Source: Amoebophrya sp. A120
Lineage: Eukaryota > Protista > Dinoflagellata
DNA length: 64,000 nt
Direction: 5' to 3'
Assembly (NCBI GenBank): GCA_905178155.1
Contig: CAJINV010000003.1
Span: forward strand, 1,080,968 to 1,144,967
The notes beneath the pieces were generated by a model. That model did no database searches, had not been told where the DNA came from, and saw nothing but the letters and a program-made list of their open reading frames with translations. A program made the position numbers and the translations under genes. This document shows, in pieces, positions 36,067 through 46,957 of the stretch (positions are counted from its first letter, which is position 1; each line of letters begins with the position of its first letter).

Positions 36067-39000
36067 CTATTTGTAGATGATTTTCGCGCTGGACTTTAGT
36101 CGTACGGGGTCGTCCTGCGCCGCGGTTTCAAACTCGACGACAGAGATGGCGTTTTCCCCGGGCTTCAGCATCACGCCCGGGAGGTACAGGGTGTAGATCG
36201 GGCCTGCCGAGTTCCAGTATCTGCCAAGGTGCATGCCGTTCACAAAAACCACTCCTTTGCCAGTCGGAGACGGTGCGTTTGTGGAAAAAAGTGTTCGCAT
36301 GTCCAGAAATGTGTCGGCCAAGAGCTGCGTCGCCGGGTCTTTCGGCTCTGGAACCGAAAAAAAACCGGAGTAAATCGCGGGAAGTCTTGCCGTGGTGTCT
36401 GCGCTTGATGTAGTTTCCTGCTCCCGCTCTTGCTCGTTGCGCTGCCGTTCAGGTTCGTCCTCGCTTTGCTGTACTTGCTCGGTTTGTTCTTCAAGCTTTC
36501 TGCTCATTTGAACGACTACGTTGTTCGACTCCTGTATGCTGGACCCAGCTGCAGACGTAGTTGCTCGCTCTGCAGCGTTTTGTCGGTCCATGAGAGGCCA
36601 AATGTATCGCATTTGCGCCTTGGTAGTGTTGAAGGCCGCCATCTGGGCCGTGGCACGCTGTTGTTGTTTTCCACTCGACCATGTCGTCGTTTTAATCGAT
36701 GCCGCCACAAACTCTTCGTGCTGTGCCGATATCTTGTCGAAAAGTCCTTTGCACAAATGCAACGTACCCGCCGCAGCGGCTTTGAAGCCCGAAATCTGGA
36801 ACCCCTTCCGGTCCTGCAGCATTTGGGGCGAGAAGTTTTGCCGGCCGTAATTTTCCACGACGAAATCAATTATCCTGTGCAAAAGTATCGTACTCGTAGT
36901 AATTACATTCATGCATTACAAATCTTGCTCTTAAGCTAAATCCGCATTACAAATTTTATTTCTCATGCTGAGGAAACTTGTAATGCATTTATACGAGTAC
37001 GATACTTTTGCAGTGCATATCAATTTCCGCGTGGCAATCTTTCTTTTCGATGTGGAACTCCGCAGCTCTGTTTTGATTTTGATTTTGTAAAAGATAAAGA
37101 TCAAGAAGCACCGCATTAAATCGGACAAGCAGTACAGTACTTCTTCAGCAAAGCCCAATTTTGCGCTCCAAACAGAAGTTCAAATCAGCAAACGCAGCAG
37201 TTGTATTCTAGAGTTGAGTACCCACTATCTTCGCGGTCGACCCAGCGGATGAGGTTTCCGCCGACAAAGACGTAGACTCGGTCGTTGGCGTTTGTGATTT
37301 TGAACGAACGCTTCGAACAGCCGGAGGGTGTGGAACGGTACAGGAAAACGTGATCGAATACGTCGTGCTCGTGTGCAAACAGGTCCGCATCCACCGCCGG
37401 TGGGAGTGCTTGACACCGGGCACCGTCACTCACGTCGACCTAAAATCAAATTGACCGTTTGTTTGAATCAACCCGGCTCTTGGTGATCATTTTTGAGATC
37501 TTCATCTTCTACGAGGGGAGGGAGCAGATTATACATATTTGAATGCGGAAACTTCATCAAAACAATACCGCCTTCAGCAGCGAATATGACTCCTTCTGCA
37601 GGACGATATCTGGGTACACGGTCGGTGATGGCAGCAGGCTTCCTGACCTTGATGAAGATGATGTCCTCGTCCCGACTGGAGCACCAGGAGTTTTCCTTGA
37701 TGCGATTTCGTTTTTGATTGCCAGAAATTTGTCTTCATTATCCGATCCGATGCCGTGGCCGCCGTCCTCCGCGATCGGCGCGTTATAATCGTAGCTGGTC
37801 ACCTGCGGTTGCCCGAGGTATTTTTCCTTCAGCCAGGACTCCGATTTCAGATTCAACCCGTTCGTGAAGCCAAAGTTCGTACACCCGAAGGCCATGTAGA
37901 GGTTGAAATTGGGCAAGGACTTCATCGTGCTGATCATCGTTTTCGCGTCCGTGGTGGCGAAGTTGGAATCTTTCCAGGCCGTCATCCACCCCGTGTAGTA
38001 CTCGGACACAAACTCCGGCGACTTTCCCGCCTCGTTCCAGTGGCGCATGTTCATGAAACTGATGCGCGGCGACCAGATGGTCGGCCCGAAATCGCCCACG
38101 TGGTACACGTGCTTGGTGGCGTCGTGGATGCCCCCGGCGTTCAGGAGCAAGTAGTTGTCCGTGGTGTAGTACTGCACTTTCGTGCCCAGGTGCCTCTGCT
38201 GCTCGCTCAACGCCCAATCTATCCTGAGTAAAAACGTACCCACACCATAGTCAAGATGGGGAATCGGCTAGACAAGTCCACAAGTTTTGGCTGTTTTGCA
38301 TGACAAATTTGGATTCGTAGTGCAGTGCTGTTTGAGCTAGCTCAGCAGCATCACAGATCTAGCATACCATGCTGATTGGAGCATGACAAATTGCAAAACA
38401 CGACTAGAAAATGCTTCTCATGGGGCTCCGCATGAGAAACATTTTCAGCATGCAGATTTGCATTACAACTCTGGTGTGGGTACGTTTTTACTCAGGATAC
38501 AATCCATGTATTTCTTATCCTCGTCCGACTTTTGCACGTGCCCTTTGCATTTTGTGCAGGAAATCTAGCCCGGTCCTGGGACAAAAATTTCGGGCGGCTA
38601 ACCTCCCTTTGCATTTCAAAAAGGGAGGCTAGCCCGGTCCCTGGGCAAAGTTTTCGAATGGCTAACCTCCCTGTGCATTTCAAAAAGAGAGGCTAGCCCG
38701 GTCCCTGGGCAAAAATTTCGGGTAGCTAACCTTCCTTTGCATTTCAAAAAGGGGAGTTAGCTCCTGCCCAAAAATTTCAGTGGGCTAACCTAGGTTTGCA
38801 TTTCAAAAACCTAGGTTAGGAAAAATGAATTCGCGCACTTTTGCTAACCGCCCTTTTCAAAATGAAAAAGGCGGGTAGGAAAAAAAATCCGGCCGCTTTC
38901 CCAGGTTCAGCCTGGAAAAGCGGCACATTTTTTTTTCCCCATTCAAATGAAAAGGGCGGTTGGGAAAAAGGCGCCAATTCATTTTTCCTAACCTCCCTTT

Positions 39001-40567
39001 TTCAAGTCTCGTTCTCGTGCCCAAGCCAAAGCTGCCCACTACCTGAAAAAGTATTGAGGTTGTGAGAATTTAAATGGTGGCTTTCTAGCAGCCAGACTGT
39101 GCAAGTTGCGGCAGATGCACTATCACAAGGAAAAGCAAACGATAGGCATCGCAAATGCAGAAACCGACTTGCGTTTTTTATTGTCCGGAAAGGAGAGCAA
39201 TTAATAGCGCCACTCGTCGCGCACGCAGCATGGGATTGCGGCGGGCGAGGAGTAAGCTTTCCGATTTTCAGCTGCCTTGCTCGTTTTCTTGTTCAGTTCT
39301 TGCGCCTGGGCTGTGCAGTTGCCGCAGACGCGCTACGCCAATGATTACGCGTATGCATCTTGTATATTACATAGAAGCAACTTGCGCTGTTTGTTCTACG
39401 GAAATAAAGGGCGCACGCCTGTCGCACAAGGACGAGCAGCAGACGCAGCGCACAAAGGTTCCGACGCGTTTTTGTTTTCCATTCCTAGTCATCAGCTACT
39501 CGCGCTCGCTAAAATTATTCCGAGCGATGGGGCGTCAAATGTCTGGACTTATGAAAGGGCCGCTAATTCGGTTCTATAGAGTATTTCTTATCCTCGTCCG
39601 ACTTTTGCACGTGCCCGTAAGACCCAAACTCGTTTTCCACCTGGACCATCAGGATTTTGCCGCCCTGGTTTTCCACAAACAGGTGCTTTTTCAGCGGGGG
39701 GAGGAGGTAATTCCAGAAGGTTTTCACTTCATCAAGGTATGGCTTGGAAAAGGTGCGGATCTTCGGCAACTTTTGCAACCGTGCCGGCAAACCCCCGAAG
39801 TCCCATTCACCGCAAACGTACGGGCCCGGGCGAAGGAGAAGCCAGAATCCCAGCTTGGACGCCAACTCGATGAATCTGTGCAGCAGCCGGGTTTTTTCTT
39901 TTGGTGACGCCAAAAAGTTGTCATGCGTTCGTGCTATAATCACCGTTGCGTAAAAAAATAGGGTGTGATCAGTGATTTTGGCCGCAGACGTACTTACACA
40001 GAAAAAAAGCATCGCCATCGGTTTTTTCCATCTAAAAATAAATGCGAAGCACCTGACATGGCTCCCCTCACCGGCTAACTCAGCGAGATTCCAGGGCACG
40101 TAGAATTGGATGGTATTGAGCCCCATGTCCTTCATGCTCTGCAGTCGGTCCGCCCAGTACACTTCGGGTAGCCGGAAGTAGTGAAACGAACCTGAATACA
40201 GATTCAGCTTCTCTCCGTTGATGTGAAACTCATCATTCTCCAGCGTGAACGTGTTTTCCCCGGCCAGAGAGCTGACGTCTTTTGCTGCTGCGGCACTTGA
40301 ATCATCATAACCTGGAGTCGCCACAGCCACAGGAGACGCAGTTTCGGCAGGACTAGCTTGTATCCCTTTCCTGCCTCGCAGAATGTCTTTTTCTCCCGGA
40401 TTCAAATCCCCTGGCTGTGGCAAGTTGGTGTTTTTTAGCACGTAGATTACCGCGTCCCAGTCCCCAGGTTGCAACAAGTGGTTCCTGCAGCTGTGAAACA
40501 ACGCGAAAAAGAGCAGAGCCAGTGACAGCACTGCGCCAAACACGACGACCGCGCTAACGCGCACCAT
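36067..40567 (-). CDS. Glycoside hydrolase family 35 beta-galactosidase, multi-exon, with N-terminal signal/anchor
   Basis: [66 protein letters not shown] and [14 protein letters not shown]. Confidence 0.93.
36871..37019. mobile_element. Family C TIR introner, 149 bp
   Basis: TATCCTGTGCAAAAGTATCGTACTCGTA ... TACGAGTACGATACTTTTGCAGTGCATA. TSD TCAAT. Removal gives [11 protein letters not shown]. Confidence 0.9.
38220..38499. mobile_element. Family D TIR introner, 280 bp
   Basis: Perfect 28-bp TIR TATCCTGAGTAAAAACGTACCCACACCA. TSD CAATC at 38215-38219 and 38500-38504. Removal gives KKYMD-WALSE. Confidence 0.93.
38508..39616. repeat. Perfect 36-bp direct repeat of exon sequence flanking a 1037-bp insert
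   Basis: GTATTTCTTATCCTCGTCCGACTTTTGCACGTGCCC at 38508-38543 and 39581-39616. Confidence 0.92.
38565..38995. repeat. About four 64-bp tandem hairpin units followed by an inverted repeat with ~46-bp arms
   Basis: CTAGCCCGGTCC at 38565, 38629 and 38693. GGTTAGGAAAAATGAATT...CCGCCCTTTTCA (~38814-38859) is inverted at ~38949-38994. Confidence 0.8.
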
Positions 40568-41229
40568 TTTCCGTGCCTGGCTTTCGGCCGAGGAAGGCCG
40601 TTAATGTAGTCGAAAGGTGTAAGTAGCCTTGCTCGGCGGGGGATACCTTCCTGATGCTCCAGGCAGGGGGCACAACTTCGCGGGCAGTTTTGAACTATGA
40701 AGTGCTGACAGGGGAGCAGGGGGGCATCTAATAGGTGCGTATGCTTTTCCAACACGCTCGAGACTATTCCAACACGCTCAAGAAGGTTTGGCTTTTGCTC
40801 CACCAGCATCATGCTGCACCACAACTTAATAGTTCTCGTGGCCCGGCGCAACAGAGAAACTAAACACATGTGGGCAAATGAAATGCCTCAACTTTGGTCT
40901 GATCTGTGGCTTTCAATCGGTAGCATGGACGTTCGCCAATGAAATTTGCTCTCTCTGCACGATGCACCACGACAGGTTGGAATCACACTTGTTTTTTCCA
41001 CGTCTCGTTTAATATTCGCGCTTGCACACGACTAGAAACGAGTGAGATATTAGAGATACACGTTATCGCTGTTAAGTCAAGTGGTAAACCTAAACTCTTC
41101 AGCTGTTATTGTTATATGCCTTAGTTTATTTGTGAATCGTGCTTTGTATGGGAAGAGCAAGTTGCTCCTTAGACACATCACTGTGCTATATGCTTTGGAA
41201 AAAAAGTACAGCAATGCGGCTGGGTTTTT

Positions 41230-44200
41230 TCATCCCTGTTCCTCTGGCGGAGGAACGTTGGCCCAGTTTCGTACCGCTTTCAGACGTTGTTCTTGACGCT
41301 TCTTTTGCAAAGCCCGAAGCTTCTCCGAGGCCGATACCGGCCGAGGCACAGCACTTGTTTTTGCATCTGGCTTATTTTCCACCGGCGGTGGTGCGGTTTG
41401 CGGACGAATCTTGTGCCCATTGAGCTCCAGTTTTGCACTTTCGACCCGTTCCCGCGCACGGGCGATCAGCGACTCGTTAACGCCCTGCGACGCGGTGTTT
41501 TCCACACTCTCACGCAGATACGCCACTGTTTGATCTCCGGAGCCTGCGCGAGCGCGCGCAACGGCTCTGCTGGACGGTGTTGTAGCACTGGAAGATGATG
41601 AGCTCGCGGCCCCCGTTTGGGGTTGGACCACGACCGCGCCGCCCCGGTCCTGCACGGCAGCTGTTTGGTTCACCGAGTGCTCCAGCTCTCGCCGGAGCAA
41701 CGTGTTTTGTTGCTCCAAATTTCGCAAGGCCTGCTCGACCGCGTACAGCTTCGTTTCAAACAGATGCTCGCGCTCGTACTCCTCCACTTCGATCGTCCCA
41801 GGGGCAAAGGAAACGCTCCGCGGCTTCAGCATCGCGGACGAGGAGGAAGACAAGCCTGAGCCAGAGACAAGCGTAGGATCGTCGGATAGTTCATTGGGGC
41901 CTGATCTACCAGCGTGTACCAATCCCCGTGATGAATTATTTTCACCAAAACTTCTCGAGGTGGAAGATACCGCGCCCCCGCCGGACTTGCTCAACGGCGT
42001 TGGCGGCGTCGCGGGAACGGGCTGCTTGCGTGTCCGCACCACGGGCAGTCGTTCTCTTTCTGCCTCGTACCGCAGCTTGTTGCTCAGCTCCATCAATTGG
42101 CTCCGTTCGAACCGCAGCTTTTCGCCGTCGGTTTGCAGCTCCGTCACGCGACCGCGAAGACTGCTGAGCTCTTGCTCCTTGCAATCAAGCAACTCCTCGT
42201 ACTTTGCCTTGACCAGGTGCAGCGTCTCCTCGCTCTTTCGCATCTTCCGCAGATTCGTGGCCTCGGCAACCAGGGACTGATGCTCACTGGCGGCTGCCTT
42301 AGCGGCTACCGCACGGACCCGACTCTGGGCCGCCTCGACAAGTGAGGACGGACCTCCAGTGGCACCGCTGGCTGGTTGGTCCGGCGAAGAGGAACCGGGA
42401 AATTTCTCCGGCGTCAGGGTTCGCTGCCTGCTGTCTACTTCATCTTCCCCGTTCATCAGCTGGCGTCTCTCCGCGGCGAGTCTCATTTGCGCCATAACCT
42501 CGCGTATCTCTAGCAGCTGGTGCCGCAAGGAGTCGTTTTCCTTGCGGAGCTCGGCCTCGACTTCCTCACGGTCGTCGAACGGCAGCGACAGTACCTGCTT
42601 TTTGTTCTTTTCGAGCTCTGGAGACGTAAGCGAACTCGTAAGCGTTCCGCCCCCGACATTATTTGCAGTACGCCTTGCTGCAGCGGAGGAGCCCCCGGTG
42701 AGCTTCTTGCCCGACGTCGCACTGGCGGAGTTAGAAGGGGACCCCACCAATATGTGCCCGAAGTCGCCCGAAAAAAGCGGGTTGAAGTCGTCCTTGATAT
42801 TTCTACTACTCGCACCGCTGTTCCGCCATGCCTGCTGGTGCTGTTCTATGCGCTGTTTGTGATACTCGACCTCTGCCTGCAGCCGCTCCTGGTCCCGTTT
42901 GTGCGTTAGTGTGTCGTCCTCCTTCTCTGCACGCAAAATGTCGAGTTCCCCACAAAGCTCGGTGACGCGTCGCTGCTCCGCAAGAAATCTGTTTGACGAA
43001 AAAAATTGTCGCAGCTGCTCATCGTGGTTCTTCTTTTACTTTTGTGTTTTCATCGCAGCGCTGAATACAATCAAACTTCATCGAACAAAGCCCCGAATAA
43101 AGCGGCCGAGCAAGCACTGCTGGTAAATTCAATTATACTTCTTCCTCATCTCTTCCGTCTCCTCCCGTTTCCGATTGTTTTTTTCTTGCTCCGCGTCGAT
43201 GAGGCCTTGCAAACTTGCGATTTCGCGGCGGTGTTCGTCCTCCAGCCGCTCCACGGTGCGTTCAGTATTGGCCGCGTTCCGATCGCGCTCCGTCACGAGT
43301 TCCTGCTGCTTCTGGTCGACTCTCCGGTCCAGCTCCTCGCGCATTGCTCGCTGCTTGATCTCGTGCTCCCGCTGCGCGGCGTCCACTTTCTCGAGGCACA
43401 AGCGCTCCATCTCGCGAATCCGCCGGTTGGCGTCCTGCTTGAGCCATTCCACCTCGCGATCATGGTCCTCCTTGGCGCGTTCCAGACGCCGCTCATACTC
43501 GTCGGCGTCGCGGGTCGAAACCTGCTGCAGCTGCTGAATTTTCTCCGCGTCCTCGCGCTCGCGCTTGTCCAGCAGGGACCGTGTGGTCTCTAATTGCTCC
43601 AGCAGCTGCTTCCGCTCGCTGCCAAACTCGGCGCCGTCGCGCTCGTGGTCGCGGGTCACCCGGTCCAACAGCGACGACACCTCGCGCCGGCTCTCCTCCG
43701 CGGTGGCGTATTGTCGTTGCAGCTGGGTGAACTGGTCCACCACGGAACTGCGCTCGGCGTGCACCGCAGCCAGCTCGCGCGTCAGTGTATCCTGCCGCTT
43801 TTCCAAATCCTCCACCTGGTGCTTCCACAGAGCTTCTTTCGACGACTGTTCTGCCGTCTTGGTCTTCAGCTCCTGCCGAAAGGTCTCCTGTAGCTCCTGT
43901 ACGCGCCCGTCGTGCCGCCGCTCTTGCTCCGCCACAAAGGCGTCCTTCGAAGTGCGGAGCTGTGGCGAGTACAGTACGGAAAAGAGTACAGATCAAATGT
44001 CATCCTTTTGTTGAAGACGCGTCTCGTCTGCTTTCTTTGTTGAAAAAATTGTTTTTTTAGTAAGTACGCAGCAGCATGATCCTAGGTGTACTTCCTGACG
44101 ATCCTGAGAATCAAGACGAACAACTCTATTACTTCTACTGAGCGAACAAAAACTTGCAAAAATTAGGAGGCTACGAACCTTCTGCATTTGCTCTTTGTGG

Positions 44201-44822
44201 CGCTGTTCCGCAGTTGTGCCCATCTCCTCGAGCTCGGCGATTCGTCGCTTCAAGCTCTCCGTCTGTCCCAGCACCGCCTTGACTTCGGTTTCCTTTTCGG
44301 CCAGGTGGCGCGCGTGTTCGTCCGACGTGGTAGCAAGGTGGTCCTGCAGCGTGAGCACCAACGTCTCGCGCTCCGCCAGACGCGACTGCAGCTTCGTCAT
44401 CGTCACGTCGTGCATCGCAAGCTCCTTGTCGCGCTCTTCCAACAGCGACAAATTGTACTTGAAGTCGTTCTGCAGGCGGGCAAAATCGTGCCGCAAGTTT
44501 ACCTACAGGGATTGGAACCAACAAGTAGTCGCAGCGTATGTTATTTATAGTCATACCCTGTTGGCTATTGCGGTACGAAATCTTTGAATGATTGTGGTAG
44601 CATGCAAAACAAACGGCACGCGCACGGGAAGAGGCATATGATCAAGCAGTATCTCATAGTTAGTACGACGTCTTCCTCGCGCTTCTGAATCACCGACTCC
44701 AGCTCCTGGAAGTGGGCAGCATGCAGTGACTGCATCTCCGCTTCCTTGTGCTTGAACAAGTCTCGCATCGATGTCACGTCGCCGCTCGTGTTGAGCGTTC
44801 GTAGAGACGGGGAATTTGGCAT
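41230..44822 (-). CDS. CCDC57-like coiled-coil protein, multi-exon
   Basis: LQNDFKYNLSLLEERDKEL, ERSQLMELSNKLR and C-terminal VRNW resemble conserved CCDC57 segments. Long coiled coils; GT-AG introns. Confidence 0.65.
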
Positions 44823-45239
44823 GTTGATGTACTTAAAGCCCGAGTAGCCCAACACTGACGTACAACTATCCGGGATGGTTTTTCAGATTCGGGCACAGAG
44901 GAACGTCAGCCGCCACGACTGAGACGCATAGCTCGCGGAAGCGGAGCCGCCAAGTGGTCATTTTGCTGATACTTCATATCACAGGTACGGGGGGGCACGA
45001 TCTGCTGCCATCTGGCGGACGTCTGCCGCTCCTCTTTTGCTCCTACTGCCCACGGAAATTGCGGCTGCGGTAGGCAAAGCTCTAATACAGTGACAGTGAC
45101 AGTGAGTTGGATAGAATATAAAGATGCTCGAGAATGAGGTAGCGGTGGGCCGCGGCCGTCTCTCGGACTTTGGAACAGACAACTCATACGGACTTGGTGC
45201 GAGCTACGGGTCGCTACACCGTACCGCGTAGCACGGCTG

Positions 45240-46740
45240 CTTCATGCAATCAACGAACACCGAAAAGGCGGCGAGTGTCCGGGAAAAGGGGGCTTACAAG
45301 ACCACGAACGCTGAGACTCGGGATCTTTCAATCTCACATCGATCGGACGGACGGCGCCTTCGCGCGCGGCACGAGGCCTCGTAGGCTGGCGAGCAGGTAC
45401 AACGGCCGGGGGCCCTTCGAATGCGCGGCGGCGCCCGAACGTACCTACGGGGCTAGCGCAAGGAGCAGAGGCTGCTTGCAAAACAAAGCGATGCCGGCAG
45501 GGCGGTTCCCGTGCCCCACAAAGCTGCGGGGGCGAGCGGGCGCGAAGCGCGGCATCCATGCCCGCCCCCAAAACGAAGAACGAAGGAAGGAAGCACGGGC
45601 CCGGCGGCCCAGCAAACAGAAGGGGCCCCGGCCGGGTTGCCTGGCTCGCTGCTAAGGCCCGGCCGGCCGCCCCCCACAAGACACGGGAACACCCCTGGGC
45701 GCGCCCGGCCGGGCGCCCACAGTTAGAAAGCGGGCCCGCGGGTGGGCCGCCGGGCCTCACGTCCGTCCGAGCGTGGGCCAGAAAGGCGCGCGGCCCTCCC
45801 GCGCCAGCGGCGTAGCGGCTTGAGGGGCGGCCCTGCTTGCGTCCACAGCCAATCCATCCACTCGTGGGTGGGTCCGTTGACAGCATAGCACTGCTGCCCG
45901 GCGGCGCTTTTCGCGACATGGTCAGGCGTAGACGCGCCGCCGGCTCCTGTTCGCCCGGAGGAACATCCTGCCGCCCGCCGTGCCGGGGGGCGCGCGGGCG
46001 CCTGCCCAGTCGGGGCAGGGCCGCCAGCCACCGGGCAACGCAGCGTCCGGGCGCAAACACCGACAAAATGAAACCGCGGGGGGGCCACCCATCATTCAAA
46101 TAGAGGCGGGAAACTTCGCCGTCTCGCTTGCGCGCTTCTGCCATTCCACCGCGGGCGCCGGGGTGTAGCAATGCGAGGGCCAAAGCTGCAGCCTGCTGCA
46201 GCCCAGCGCGGCGCCCGAGGGAAGCACGGCCGCGCTACCCGTCTTCTCTTCTTTGTTCCCGCGCGCCTCCACTTGTTTCCGGGGCAGGGGGGGCGGTCGC
46301 CCTATCCATCGCCAACAGCGCCGCGCCTCTTGTCGGTCGAGCTCCGGGACGGGATGCCCGTCGCGTCCTCCGATGGCCATCAACCAAAAAATCTTACGCC
46401 CGCTACGGACCATAGCGGAGCAGCAAGCCCACACGGCGACGGAGCAGGAGCAACCGGGCCCCCCCCCGGCGGAGGGGCCCCCGGCGGGGCCCCGAGCAGT
46501 TGCCAGACAGCGCGCCATCCTGGACCCGCAAAGCCCTCGGGACTTCCATGCTTGGCCTGCGAAAATTTCGCGCCACGCAACTCATCGCGGGAAAGGCTGG
46601 CGGCTGCTTGCACCAGCGGGCTCACGCCCGCGCCCCGGCATCGATCTGCTGGCCTGTTTCCCGAGAAAGTTGACGCGAAGGGCGCGCCTTGCCCTCACGC
46701 GCAAGCTCCCGGATCCTGTAAAAAAGGTCACGCGTGCAAC
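45240..46740. other. Very GC-rich intergenic island, possible decayed mobile element
   Basis: Clearly richer in GC than the flanks (45661-45720 has 50/60 G+C). No recognisable intact ORF. Confidence 0.45.
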
Positions 46741-46957
46741 TCGTAGGTCTGCTAGATCTGCTCAAGCTCAACCGCAAGGAAGTACTTTATCTTCAAGAAG
46801 AACACGAACAATGCTTCTACTGCAGCACCCGATGAGTGCTCGACTTCCACCAGCCGTTTCTCGCACAATGTCAATGCAGCTCGCAAGGCAACGTTTTTTT
46901 GCAACACGCTCGTGGAGAGGGCGCGTTCGAATTACATCACTGCAGCTGCAGCACCTT

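Noticed and set aside
26163-38632. Recurrent peptides in short ORFs (MKHSPSCIYQH, LPDPDIFTFD, GTFLLRI, FFQTQTFLHLI)
   Set aside because: These are translations of introner TIRs and interiors, not a protein family or transposase.
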